Source: Blepharisma stoltei ATCC 30299
Lineage: Eukaryota; Protista; Ciliophora
Reading direction: 5' to 3'
Assembly (NCBI GenBank): GCA_965603825.1
Contig: CBFDEM010000044.1
Location: 496,001 to 560,000 of the forward strand
Length of the DNA stretch: 64,000 bases
Shown: positions 36,975 through 48,808 of the stretch, one piece after another
Position numbering within the stretch: the stretch's first letter is position 1
Layout of the letters: the number at the start of each line of letters is the position of its first letter
Notes under the pieces: model-generated
What the model was told of the DNA's origin: nothing
What the model saw: only the letters and a program-made list of their open reading frames with translations
The model's database searches: none
Translations under genes and position numbers: made by a program

Positions 36975-37952
36975 TTATTGAGCTTCTGGGTGGACTTTGA
37001 GCTCTATGTATCTATACTCGTTTCTTTTTTTCATCCTTAATTCTTGAAGTTTGCTTATTGCTTCTAAATAGTGCCTAACCCCAAGCAGCACATAGAATGA
37101 GGTATCGTAAATCCTTAAAAAAGGGTTATAGCTTTTTTCTTCTTTAAGTGTGCTTGGAATTGCGACCATGTATCTTGCCCTTCTTTTAACGACTCAGGAA
37201 ATCTTGTTATCAAGCAGCCTGTTATTCGGCTGTAAATATTTAGCGAATTTTAAAGTAGTGTCTGCATATTCATGCCCAGGGAACATATAAGTATCGTCAG
37301 GAAGCCCCAAAATCTTGCTGATACTGCTACATGCCATCCTGTAGTCTCCTTCAAAAAAAGCACCCATCCCTCCCACAAATAAAGTATCCCCTGTAAAAAG
37401 TATTGAAGAAGTCCTCTCTGGCTCAATAAAAAAGCATGAAGAGCCTTTAGTATGGACCGGGGTATAAATTAATTTAATTTGCGTCGAGCCTAAAGCTATC
37501 ATTTCTCCATCAGCCAGAGGGTTTGTGATTTCAAAGGCTGTTTCTTCTTTTGAAGCGCAGGATTTTAAATTGGGGTAATAATCTTTGAGCTTTTTGAGCC
37601 CAGCAGAATGATCTCAATGCTTGTGTGTCAAAAGTGCCAGAGAAATAGGGGTTTTGAAAAAGTTCTCTGCAATAGAAATAAGATAATCAGGATCTCCAGG
37701 GTCCACGACTGCAAGCTGTCCGGTTGCAGCGTCTTGTATAAAATAAGAAAAATTAGTGCGGCCGAGGGGGACGATTTTGATTTTTACAGAATAAAAATCA
37801 ATGATTTCTTTGTCTACTCGCGAGTGGTCAAGTCCAAGGCCGCTGCGCAATCTTCTTTCATGTCTATTCCTTATCATGCAGTTGTGGAACCATCTTCCAA
37901 GCTTGCTGTTATAAACTCCGTAGAGACACATGAATATGCACCTAATTGACAT
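36975..37952 (-). CDS. Hydroxyacylglutathione hydrolase (glyoxalase II), PNKD/HAGHL-like
   Basis: THKH-W(TGA 37614)-DHSAG, TPVHT.G, FTGDTLFVGG, PGHEY and PSTL.EEK.YNPFLR motifs. Second TGA at 37194. Confidence 0.92.
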
Positions 37953-38227
37953 TTTGAAAACTGTTTAATTGCTTAAAAAATCACAATTTCTGAAATAAAA
38001 TCAGCTATTAATATATACAAATATTAAATTCTTATCAGTTTCTTCTAAAAAATATATAAATTTTTATTTTATTATATGCATAAAATTTGCTTCCTCTAGC
38101 AAGGCTAATTCAAGCCAAAACTCCTTGCCTGTGCATGTCAAATAAATTAAAATAATTTTAGTCCAAAAATAGTTTTTTAAAATCATTATTTTATTGCTGT
38201 ATAATTAATGAGTCCACTAATAATTTA

Positions 38228-39712
38228 ATGGAAGACCGATCATATTCTTGGCTTTTAAATCTACTTTCGTCAAAAGTAAATTCATTAAATCTGCTCGACA
38301 CTTATACTATTTGTGACCAAAAACCCTCATTCTTTTACACAAAAATAAAAGGGAAAACCCTTTCAAAGACCCAGCAAAGTTCAAATTTGCGTGATCTTCT
38401 GCTTGAAATTTATAAAAATTATACATGGAAGCAAAAGATCAAGGATTCAGGGTCTCTAATTTGCTATTTTATCCACCAAAAAGAAAGAAGAAGAATTTTT
38501 GAGTCAGATCTTAGAGAGATTTTATCAGTACCTTGGATTTCTAATTTAACTTATATCCAAATGGCGAGGCCGAATGCAGAAATGTATGAAGTCATTTATA
38601 ATTTGAGGATGATTTATACTTCCAAAGGATATGTCACTAAATTTTCGAGAGTTATTGACAATATTGATGTGGCTGCTACCAATTGTTATCAAGTTTATGA
38701 CCAAATTTGTGATTCAGCTTTAACGTTAATGATTCTAATAGAAGAAATGGAAACCAAGCGTGTGATGATCCTTGATGTAGACTTTATTGAAGACATGGAA
38801 AAGAATATATGAGTTTGTTTTACCAGAGAAATAAAAATTGCAGTGCCAGAGCTGTGTCTAGAAGTGAAAATAGAGGAGCCTGCTGATCTTAATGATATCC
38901 CAGTGATGAACTATGCTGAAGAAAAGCTCAGCAAGCTCGTTAATGGAGAAGTTTGGACGAAAAAGCAAACCAAAGTATCAAAAAAAATGAAGGAAACGAA
39001 ATATGTAGTACAAAGAGGGCACATTAGAAATAAAGATAGTATTTTGAGCAGTCCTATTAAAATTTTGAGGCCAAGTGAACTGAAACTTATTGCAAGTAAC
39101 AGTGAAAAAGAATTACTAACTGGAAATGCAAAAGAATTTTCCGATAAATTTAATTCAGCTAGTCCTGTTTATCGAGACACTCTGAACTTTGAGTCTGTTT
39201 TTGAAGGAAAGAAAAAAGAGATATTATATAAAGAAATCAAAAAATGGCCTGAAATGAGATCTATGCTTCGGAAAGCAGGATATACAAATATTTTGCAAGA
39301 CATAAATAGATGCTCTCTGAAGTATGCATTAGGGAAAAGCAATACCCCAAGAGACATAAATGACGATAAAAATGAAATAAAACAGAAAAAGAAGCGCCAT
39401 CGTCCAAAAACAAGCAGACTAAAAATTCATTTACCTTTTAATGGATCTAAAACTACAAGAAATCCTGAAATCAGAAGTCCAGCCACTGAGCTGCAAGATA
39501 GCTGGAGAAAAACTTTTCATATGAAATCAGCACTTAATATCAAATCAAAAATAAATAAGAAAAAGTTCAAATTTATCAGTAACCCTGGGAGTGCCAATTT
39601 TACCCCAAGAAATATATCTGCGATTGAAGTAGAACTAAAATCTTGTTCATATCTTGCCAATAATGTATATACAAGTCCAATACAATTTAAAGTAAATGAC
39701 AATAGTAATTAG
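38228..39712 (+). CDS. Hypothetical protein
   Basis: Two ORFs in frame through TGA 38810-38812 (DFIEDMEKNI-W-VCF). Confidence 0.7.
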
Positions 39713-39838
39713 CTTTAGAAATAAGTAGAGCCTAAGTATAATTCAAATTTGCAACTTAAATTAGTTTTAGCTGTCAATTATATTATTAAAAGTTTAAATA
39801 TTACAGTTTCAAGCTTTTAATATATATCATTCTTAAAA

Positions 39839-40411
39839 CTAAATCTTTATAGGCTTAACAGGATTTCCTGCTAATTTTGGAGTCGATCTAGAAGAAGATT
39901 TTTTCCTTGGTTTAATATTGTAAGAATCATGTAAGACTCTAGCATTTCAATTTGTTGAATATGGAGATCTGTTTCTTCTTGCATTTAACGGACTTAATTT
40001 CCTACGACTTCTGGATTTGCTCAATTCATCATAGAAGACGTAATATCTTGTGTCGTTTTCGTCAGCTTCGATTTCTGTAGGTATAAATCTATAAGATTTT
40101 GTATTTGCTCCTTTCATGGATTGATCTCTTTTCAAAAGAGATTTATTGCTTTTAGATCTCAAAGAAATAGCTCGAGCAGTTTTTAGCCTGGTTGATGGCC
40201 TTATCATAGTGTCTACGATAGAAAATGGGTCATAAAGCTGAATTCCTACATTAGCTATATTTAGACTTGTTTCTGCTAATGCACATGATAAACGGGGTTT
40301 CAAATAGCTGTTAAGGATTTTTGCTTGGGATAGAATTCGGGAGCTCGCTAATAAATTTATTCCTGATTCAATCCTTTGAGGTGCACTCCGCTCTAAGGCA
40401 TTTTGTATCAT
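39839..40411 (-). CDS. Hypothetical basic protein
   Basis: Reads through TGA 39947-39949 to TAG 39839-39841. Confidence 0.6.
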
Positions 40412-40740
40412 AATTACTTGTATTAATATGTTAAAAACAGTTAAAGATACATTCTCTATATGAATTTGAAAATTTCTATTTTTGTTAAGCGCAAATGGAA
40501 TTTTAATTTTTCTCTTGGTTTTTGGGTGAAAAATGAGATTAATGATAGCAATTTTTACAGAGGATTAAAACATATAGAATAAAATTAATTAAATGATTTC
40601 AATCAAACACAGCTGTGAGCATAAAGAAAGAGAAAAATGAAGATCAATGTCGAGTAAGATGTATTAATCTTTTATTATTTAGCATCAATTATAATAACGG
40701 AGAAGCAAGCTAAATCTTAATATAATTAATTCAAATATTT

Positions 40741-41430
40741 CTAACTAATCAAATAATCAAATTCCTCTTGCTGCCTTAAACTCTGAGCAGTGATTTTTTC
40801 TATTTCAGCTTCCAAGCTACTTTCATAACCCGCTGCAGCTGTCTCAAAACTCTCATTAATTTCCTTAATCATCTCTTCTCCTCTCACCATTGTTTCATCA
40901 CTTTCACTAACTTTTTGGTTTCAATGGTTTATAAGATTTTCAAAAGGTTTTTTAGTTTTTATCGAGTTCATTTTCGTTTTGATATCATTTTCATGTGTTT
41001 CAGTAAGCTTATTTACCTCATCTAGCTCAAAATCTCGTGAAGAAAGTGGGTTTATCAAAAATTTGTTTGTTCTTTCTACAAGTAATGCTTTTATTTCTCT
41101 TAAAACGCTAGCTCTTGATTGAGCCATCATCTTGTAATCGGAGATCTGTCTCAGTAACTCTTTGGTTACTTCATGCAATTGTTTATTCATTGAGTCTTGA
41201 AGTTTAAGGAGCTTTACGCTTGATTCTGTCCTCTCTATTTTAAGCTTGTGGAGATTTGTGGTTAACTCATGTATAGTTTTGCTGTGGGCCATTGAATCCT
41301 CAAGGATTCTGCGTCTTAAACTTTCGATGTTGGTAAGGAGATCATCCACTATAAATTCGATCTTCCCAGATACATTTTTGAGGCTTGTGACTCTTTCTTT
41401 GCGTGCACTTTGAGACTCGCTTAAATCCAT
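40741..41430 (-). CDS. Coiled-coil hypothetical protein
   Basis: Reads through TGA 40921-40923 to TAG 40741-40743. Confidence 0.65.
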
Positions 41431-41728
41431 AATTTGAAATGAAAGTAAATTAATATAGGATTTGCAGGCAAATGAAAATCATTTATTGGCAATCTTTAGT
41501 TTTAGGATAAAATTTTAAGCAAGAAATATTGAAAAATAATTGTAGGCTTGCAGTGACTCTTCTTATAAAGAATTTTTATTTATGAAAATTTGATAAAACT
41601 GCCAGATTCAATCTTAAGCATCTATTTAATTGGTGAAGAGAAAAAAATTGGTTTGAAAATATTTTTCAAGGTATCTTAAAAGCAAATATTATTTAAATAA
41701 TATCTATAATACCTATAGAAATTTTAAT

Positions 41729-42778
41729 ATGCAACTTAGTTCACAGAATCTACTCAATTTGCTTAATTTTCAAAAAGATTCTGCTGAAGAAGACTACAAT
41801 AAAAAAGGAAAACAAGCTCAAGTCCAACACGATCAAATTTCCCTTTCTCAACAGTTAACTTATGAAGAGCTAAAAGCTAAAAGATCTGAGATATTACAAA
41901 GCCCCAATAATCCAGAAAAAGAAGAAGATTACAGGAAAACTTGCTCATTTTTGGAAAGCAATAATCTTATTGCAGATCCAGAAATCCATCAGGCTCACCA
42001 AGAATTTATAAACACTTATCATCATATCACATCTCTTTATCTCTTTTCTAATGATAGTGGCAGAGCTAAATTGTTTATTTATGACACTGAAAGTGAACGT
42101 GAAGAAATAAAGCTACTAGAAATTCCAGAGCCATTAGATTGAGGCAGCTGCGCTGTCCAACTTCCTAATGGTGAATTATTCTGCTATGGTAAAAATTATC
42201 CAACTTCTGGGATTACATTGATAATTGGTACAGACTATAAAGCTCGACTTCAGCCTTCCGGAGAGTCTTGCCGATTCTCATCAGCTATATATTTTAACAG
42301 ATCTGTATATTGCTTTGGTGGATGAGACGAAAATCACAAATCTTTAAGTCTATCAGAGAGATTTGATTTGGATGAGAGCAGATGGATTAAATTAGCCCAA
42401 ATGCCTCAAATTGATTGCTATTGCCATAGTATTATCTTTAGTGGTAATATTTTGATTTCTGGATTACTAAGTAAAAATCTTCTTTTATATTCAACTGATA
42501 TTGACTCGTTCTCACAAATTTCTTATGACTTTGGAAAGGATAAAAGAAAGATATTGATAAATGGAGAGAGAATATATTTGATTCAGCACAGTGGACAAAT
42601 TTATGAAAGTGAAATTGGAGATATTTATGAGTGGTATTTAGTTGGAAAATCAATAATTTATTTTTATGCTCAAGTTTATTGGGTATATAATAAAGGATGC
42701 ATATACTTTGGGTGCAATGGTGCTGACAAAAATTATTATAAGTTTAGTTTAGATAAAACAGTGGTGACTAAGCTCTAG
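41729..42778 (+). CDS. Kelch-type beta-propeller protein
   Basis: QLPNGELFCYG, VYCFGG-W(TGA 42323) and ERFDL..SRWIKLA motifs. Also TGA at 42140. Confidence 0.8.
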
Positions 42779-43372
42779 CACAGTGCTTTATTTATAATAA
42801 ATAAAATTAAGCTTTTTAGGGAATATCTGCAATGATGCATCTTAAATGAAAATTTTAATATTTATTTTAAGGATTTAATTGCTCGACACGCGTTCGTTAA
42901 ATATGGAAGGATTGTCGTGCAAATATGGCAATTAGTATAGAAAGTGAAACTGTTTTTGAATAAATCCTTTTATTCACAGATTCTAATTCTATAGCTACCG
43001 ATAGCAGCTATATAGTCTTTTTAAATTGTATTGCGATGATTTGCTTATCTAATTATCTGATCTCAATAATAAATAATTTTACATATTATGCATAATTGGA
43101 AAAGCCAAAATATCACACCAAAAATCTAAAATTATAAATAAATTCTGCAATTTCACTTTATTGCCTATTCATCTCTATTATTTTTTTCAAAAATTCTCAA
43201 AGGACTAATTTATCTCTTTATACAAATTTATCCTAATCCTAAATCATCCCATGCTTTCTTTCCTCCAATTTCCCCTCAATCTTCCCCTTTCCTCTAGCTA
43301 TTTTCATGATCATTCATTTTTCGCCATCAATTTCTATTTCTATTCACATCTGTCACACACGTAATAAAAATA

Positions 43373-46300
43373 ATGGAATCACATTCTAAAATCCAAGCTG
43401 AACTTATCCATCTGATCGGCGAATATGTAGCCCTACGCTTCACAGTTCCCGAAGTTACTTCCTCCACTGAGGTAGAAGGAGATGAGCTTTATGCAATGTT
43501 CGCAGTTGACAAAAGCGGCTCAATGAGTGGGTCTCCAATGAACGACGCCAAAGGTGCAGCAGAAAGCTTGACTACCAAATTCAGAAAAATGGACATCCCA
43601 GTCGCTATTTATCCTTTTGACAGTCGAGCCAAAGAATTCTGCTCAGACGTAGTTGGATACGACACTATCGTTGAGAATCTCCAGAAGCTAAAAGCAAGTG
43701 GTGGGACAATCTTCCAAAACGTGATGGAAATGATGGTTAAGAAAATCAGGGAGCAGCATTTAAAAAACATTTTTGTTGTCTGGCTTACTGATGGCCAAGA
43801 TAACAACGGCCTTGAATCGTTGATTCCAATAATGGACGCCCATAAGAAAGAATATGAAGACCAAGGCGTTTCGATTTCAATTCAATGCATTGGGTTTTCT
43901 TCAGAACATGATGCTACACTCTTAACGAAACTCTCCACTAGTGGAACGAGACCTGGGACTTTCCAATATGTCCCTGAAGGTGGCAGAATCCCAGTGGCAG
44001 TTAATAATGTGTATAATCTGGCTTTTGAGTCGACTACTTGGGCAAGATTCATAGCTAGTGAAGGGAAGAACTATAAAGTGTCAGTAGAAAAAGTGGAAGG
44101 AAAAGACGAATTGAGAGCCTTAGTATATGTCTCTGAAAATGACCTTGAAGAATGCAAGGTAGAGCTACATAAAGGATCAGCTGTCTCTGAGTTTGAAGTC
44201 GAGCTAAACAGATCAGAAAGCAGAGGACTTGAAGACCTTGTGTTTTTGGCCACTGCATTTATTTCTTCAAAAGTTGTACAAGCATTAGAAAAAGGAATTG
44301 AAGGCGCCGGGCAGAGGCTTGCAGAAATGGCTCCACTTATTGAAGAAACAGACAGAAGGGTCGAAAACTTGTTGGAACAGTCAAGAAGGCTGAGGCCTTA
44401 TAAACAAAAGCAGTTGCAGCCTTATTTTAACGCTGCTAAAGACTTGACAACTTTCTTTTTCCAAATTACCAAAACTTTAGGTGGCGGAGAAATTTCTAAT
44501 GAAGATTTCGCTAAAATTAATGGTTTAGCAAATGCATTGTTCCTTAAAAGAAACCTCGAAAGAAAAATCGCTAAAGAGTCTGGAGAAGGGTTAACAGCCC
44601 TTCAGCTTGGAGAAGAAGAAATCGACAGACTATCTCAAGACCTTAAAATTGAAGAAATAAGAGGCACATATGAAAGCCAAGCCCAAGAGCTCGGGGCTTG
44701 TTCTATTTCTCGTAAAAATTGGATTGATTGCGTATCTACTGGAGACTGCTTGTGCATCACTTTCCAAGTCGAAAGGCCTCAAAACTTGATGGGTAACCCA
44801 TACGAAACTAAAGTTACAAAAATAAATGCGACCATGCTTTCTCATGACAGCTTCTTAAACTCCAACCTTTTTGAGACTAAAGCAGGACAGATCATCCAAG
44901 GGCCAAGAAATTATCAGCATGGAAAGGAGCCAGTTTTGGCTTCACAACTTGTAGATGGGCTTTTTGATGAATATATTACTGGCTTGATGCCAATTTTCAT
45001 CACAAAAGAACACTGGCAGTTTGCAAGACTCAGGCTTAAGCAGATGCTTGCGTATGCAATTAGTGTTGATGTCCTGGACTACAATGAAAACCAAGTTAAA
45101 GTTTTCCCATTCTTAATCATGGCCAGAGCCCTTTCTGAGTCTGATAAGTATTCTCAATCAATTTGCAACCATATAGTTGATACTTGTCAACAGGTTTATT
45201 TAGAGAATAAAGACTCAATAATTCCAGATATCCATGCTAAACTTATGGAATATATCACAAACCCTAGCCTTCGCTTAGCGAATTCTATTGTTGATAACAG
45301 TGTCATTTTATGCCAGTTGCACTTTGCAAACTTAGCAGGAGATCTTCAAGAATACAGAGGAGTAGTCCCATATATATTTGAAGAAGAAGTAAGGCGCTCA
45401 TTTAAGCATCATGAAGACTTGAAATTCAATGAACTTTGCCTCAAAGTTTTAGGAATAGACATGCTTCCTTATTTCGAGCCTATCAGAACTGCACTTATGA
45501 GCGGCGAGGCTTCATATGCTGACAAGTTTAGAGTTGTGAAGCAAGGTGGAAAGCCAGAAGATGCTAAAAAAGAAGAAAAAGGAGCCGTAGAAATAGCAGA
45601 GCAGCAAATTGAAACTCCCCAAGGAATCCAAACATTAGGAGAATATGCAACTAACACATATAATTCTATATTAGAAGCATTTACTCCAGGCGAAAGTCTA
45701 GGAAAGCTTGGTCGAATTCTTAAGCTCTTCGGCTATGACCAAAGCTTAGAAAGCTTAGGCCTACTCACAAATGAGCAGAAATTAGCCTTCATGCTCCAGT
45801 GCATCGGCCATAAGAAAGATGCTGATCGAACTGAAGCTATCCAATCTGGAAAATTCTGCGACCCATTTAATGCTCAAGCTGCTCACGACTGGGTGCTCCA
45901 AACTTATAAATCTACCATTGAAAAAGAAATCTTAGCTTATAAGTCTCAGCTATTGAATCAAATCCAAGGCAAAGAATCTGAAAAAAGAGCAGCCATCTTT
46001 GCAATGAGTGAAGACCTAGAAGATGCAGCAGGCTGTGTATATGGGATGACACAAGGAAGCTCAGGATTCCCACAATTCATTAAAGCACTTAAGCAGCCAA
46101 ACATCCCTCATATCATTGAGAAAGTAAAAATGATTACTTTGGGACATTTTGAAGGAGTTAAGCTCATTTTGGACGAAATTCCAGGCACAATCGATTTTGT
46201 GCAATGGAAACCGACGAAGAAAACAGTCCATGAGATTTGGAAAGTTCACAAAGATGCAGGGACAAAAGAGCAATGGCAAGAAGCATTCCCTCATAAGTTT

Positions 46301-46561
46301 GACTATTTTGATCATATTTACTTGAGAATGCAAGGAGTTTTTGTGCCTTATAGCAAGCCAAAGAAAAACGTAACTGATCAGAGGCATTGGGAAGGAAAAG
46401 ATAGGACTAAGAGGTCTCCAAGGCCAGCTGGAAGTGGCAGAGGTAGAGGTAGAGGCAGAGGTGGCAGGGGTGGCAGAGGTGGCAGAGGTGGCAGAGGTGG
46501 TAGAGCTGCACCGAGAGGAGGAAGAGGTGGCAGAGGAAGAGGTTTTAGAGGAAGCCCTTAA
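43373..46561 (+). CDS. von Willebrand factor A domain protein with C-terminal RGG/RG tail (1062 aa)
   Basis: MIDAS motif DKSGSM...GGT...LTDG, IGF...HDA.LL, and an RGG repeat tail. Confidence 0.85.
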   Translation: MESHSKIQAELIHLIGEYVALRFTVPEVTSSTEVEGDELYAMFAVDKSGSMSGSPMNDAKGAAESLTTKFRKMDIPVAIYPFDSRAKEFCSDVVGYDTIVENLQKLKASGGTIFQNVMEMMVKKIREQHLKNIFVVWLTDGQDNNGLESLIPIMDAHKKEYEDQGVSISIQCIGFSSEHDATLLTKLSTSGTRPGTFQYVPEGGRIPVAVNNVYNLAFESTTWARFIASEGKNYKVSVEKVEGKDELRALVYVSENDLEECKVELHKGSAVSEFEVELNRSESRGLEDLVFLATAFISSKVVQALEKGIEGAGQRLAEMAPLIEETDRRVENLLEQSRRLRPYKQKQLQPYFNAAKDLTTFFFQITKTLGGGEISNEDFAKINGLANALFLKRNLERKIAKESGEGLTALQLGEEEIDRLSQDLKIEEIRGTYESQAQELGACSISRKNWIDCVSTGDCLCITFQVERPQNLMGNPYETKVTKINATMLSHDSFLNSNLFETKAGQIIQGPRNYQHGKEPVLASQLVDGLFDEYITGLMPIFITKEHWQFARLRLKQMLAYAISVDVLDYNENQVKVFPFLIMARALSESDKYSQSICNHIVDTCQQVYLENKDSIIPDIHAKLMEYITNPSLRLANSIVDNSVILCQLHFANLAGDLQEYRGVVPYIFEEEVRRSFKHHEDLKFNELCLKVLGIDMLPYFEPIRTALMSGEASYADKFRVVKQGGKPEDAKKEEKGAVEIAEQQIETPQGIQTLGEYATNTYNSILEAFTPGESLGKLGRILKLFGYDQSLESLGLLTNEQKLAFMLQCIGHKKDADRTEAIQSGKFCDPFNAQAAHDWVLQTYKSTIEKEILAYKSQLLNQIQGKESEKRAAIFAMSEDLEDAAGCVYGMTQGSSGFPQFIKALKQPNIPHIIEKVKMITLGHFEGVKLILDEIPGTIDFVQWKPTKKTVHEIWKVHKDAGTKEQWQEAFPHKFDYFDHIYLRMQGVFVPYSKPKKNVTDQRHWEGKDRTKRSPRPAGSGRGRGRGRGGRGGRGGRGGRGGRAAPRGGRGGRGRGFRGSP
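46436..46552 (+). repeat. Coding tandem repeat (AGAGGT and GGTGGCAGA units) encoding the RG/RGG box
   Basis: ggcagaggt agaggt agaggc agaggtggc aggggtggc agaggtggc agaggtggc agaggtggt... Confidence 0.85.
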
Positions 46562-46653
46562 ATAAATTAATCATCTTTCACAATTCTTTTTTATAATTTT
46601 TAAATTATTATCTAAACTAATCATATTTAATGATATTACCCTATTAAGCTAAT

Positions 46654-48398
46654 TTATTTTGCAGGAGGCGGAGGGAAGTAGATAGGCTGCATAGCTTCTT
46701 TAGAGTTCGGGAGATTTTTCAAGCGTTCCTCATTTGTGATCTTCCACTGCTCAAAATTTGGGATTGCTCTGCCTTGGAATTGAAAATCATGAATAAAATG
46801 GCAATTATCACCACGCGCACATCCAATTGTTGAGTGGAAATTTCTGCAAGGTAAAGTTTTGAACCCTGGAGGCTTATTTGTGAGTGGATTTATGAGGAAT
46901 GGCTTCTTCATTGCTGGATTAGTGGTGAGAGGGTTTGGAGGATACCCTGGCATTGGCTGGTAGACAGGGTTCATAGGAGGATAATATCCTGGGTTTATAA
47001 CTGGAGACGCATATGAGTTAGGCATCATTGGCATCGGCATCATAGGATTAGGAGCCATTGGCATCATATAAGGGTTATATGGATTCATAGGGTTTGGCAT
47101 TGGAGAAGGTGTATACATAGGCATGGTAGGCTGTGGGGGCATTGCTTTTACCTCTGACTCTTTTAAGCTATGGAATTGGAAGTTCATTGGAGGGCTATAG
47201 CTTTCAATCGGAATTTGGGAATTTTGAATTGGTAGGTCTTGAGGAGCTTCTTTTATTGAGATTGTCTGAATGTGGCATCCTTGCTGAATATATATTACTC
47301 TATATGGAGGAATTTTCATAACGCTTATATTTAAAGATGAACTTGCTCCAGTATCTCTAGGCATTTTTGGAATCTCGCTTTCTCTTTGATAGACACATTT
47401 CATGTTTTCTGATTCTCTTCTTGTTTCTTCTATATTTTCCAAACTTTCAGCTTTTTTTCTTAGGCAATTTTTTATTAAAGGTTCTATGTTATTATTACTC
47501 TTATCAATGTTATATTCAACTTTTGGGATCATATTTTCCAAAACACGCTGTATAGAAGCTTCTTTTTCTTTTTCCTAAATAATGTTTACCTTTGTATTAA
47601 ATTCTTTTTCAGACTGTAACTCATGCTTCCTTAGGTCAGTGATGTTATGGATTTCATGCTCCTCAGCGTCAGGAACATATTGAGGGCGTTTTGTAGCACA
47701 GTCAGCATTGGGTTCATCACTTCGCCAAAAATACTTGACCCGCTCTAAGCGGTCTTCATCAAATCTATTATAATTAGTTTAAGTTCCTTATTATATAAAA
47801 CATACCTCACATGTCTTTTAAGAGAATAATCTTCATCATTATCATTTTTATTTTCCATAATTTCAGTTTCTTCCAAAGTTTCTTCTCTAGGATGCTTAGC
47901 TGGCAGCTCAGCTACAACATCACTAGGAATTGGATTTGGCTTAGCTTCAATAGGCTGCTTCATTTCTTTTCATTTTTTTCTCAAAGCTCCTGCTTTAGTT
48001 TGTAAATTAATATCAGAATGTTTACATATACTTTTTACTGCTTTATATATTTTAGTTCTTTCAAGGATATCTAAATTTACGACAATTTTGTTTAAGCAAG
48101 ATAAAATCCGATGCAGTACTGAAATTTCTTCGGAGTTAGAGCTTTGAACTAGTTCATTGATTCATTTGCCGAGGGTTTCAATGCCACCTACGCTGAAGAA
48201 TCTGTTGTATACAGCTTTTGAGTTTTCTTTCGTTTCGAGGAGACTTTGAATGAGGATAGATTTTTCTTCGGTGGAAGAAGCAGATTCCATAAGTTGGACG
48301 AATTGGCTCACAAGCCGAGGGTCTTGAAGGCCACCATCTGGTCCTGAGATGTCAGTCAGTTTGTTTTGGAGTTCAGTGAACGAGTTGCTTCTGATCAT
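46654..48398 (-). CDS. PNUTS/PPP1R10-like protein: TFIIS-N domain, RVxF motif, Pro/Met-rich region, CCCH finger (exons 48398-47806, 47764-47590, 47574-46654)
   Basis: GGIETLGK-W (TGA 48162) and ALRKK-W-KE (TGA 47970) fit TFIIS-N. Splicing gives KRHVRFDEDRLERVKYF. FKTLPCRNFH...CARGDNCHFIH is a CCCH finger. Confidence 0.78.
47575..47589 (-). other. 15-nt spliceosomal intron
   Basis: gtaaacattatttag, phase 0, with an in-frame TAG. Confidence 0.85.
47765..47805 (-). other. Putative 41-nt intron (length outlier)
   Basis: gtatgttttatataataaggaacttaaactaattataatag. Removal is needed to join the frames and builds HVRF. Confidence 0.65.
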
Positions 48399-48808
48399 CC
48401 TAGCAAATTATATTTACCATTTATTCTCTTTAGTTCAAATGAAATAGAAGAAGAAAGGAGTCACAAAGGTGATGGGACAAAGAAGGAAATGAAATGAGGA
48501 GCTATCGGCAAGGAAAAATAAAATAATTACTGGTAATTTTTAATAGAGATAGAGATATTGAGGAGTTTGTTATATTATTAATAAAACTTTTAAATGTTTA
48601 ATATATGGCTCTGATAGAGCTGAACCTTTATTTGAATAAAAAAACTAATTGTAGTTAACTATTATAATTGATTGAAAAATTATTTAAAATATTTGTGGAT
48701 TAATAATCTGGCAATTTGAAATTACGGCCACAAAATGTTTATAGGCGAATGCCTAATAAGTTCAAGAAGCTGATTATAATAATTTACTAAAGTATCATTA
48801 TTATATAA

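Noticed and set aside
48400-48420. Upstream ATG plus an 18-nt GT..AG segment before the PNUTS-like start
   Set aside because: Splicing it would put the ATG out of frame with the TFIIS-N domain. Unspliced, it is only a 6-codon uORF. It cannot be resolved without cDNA.
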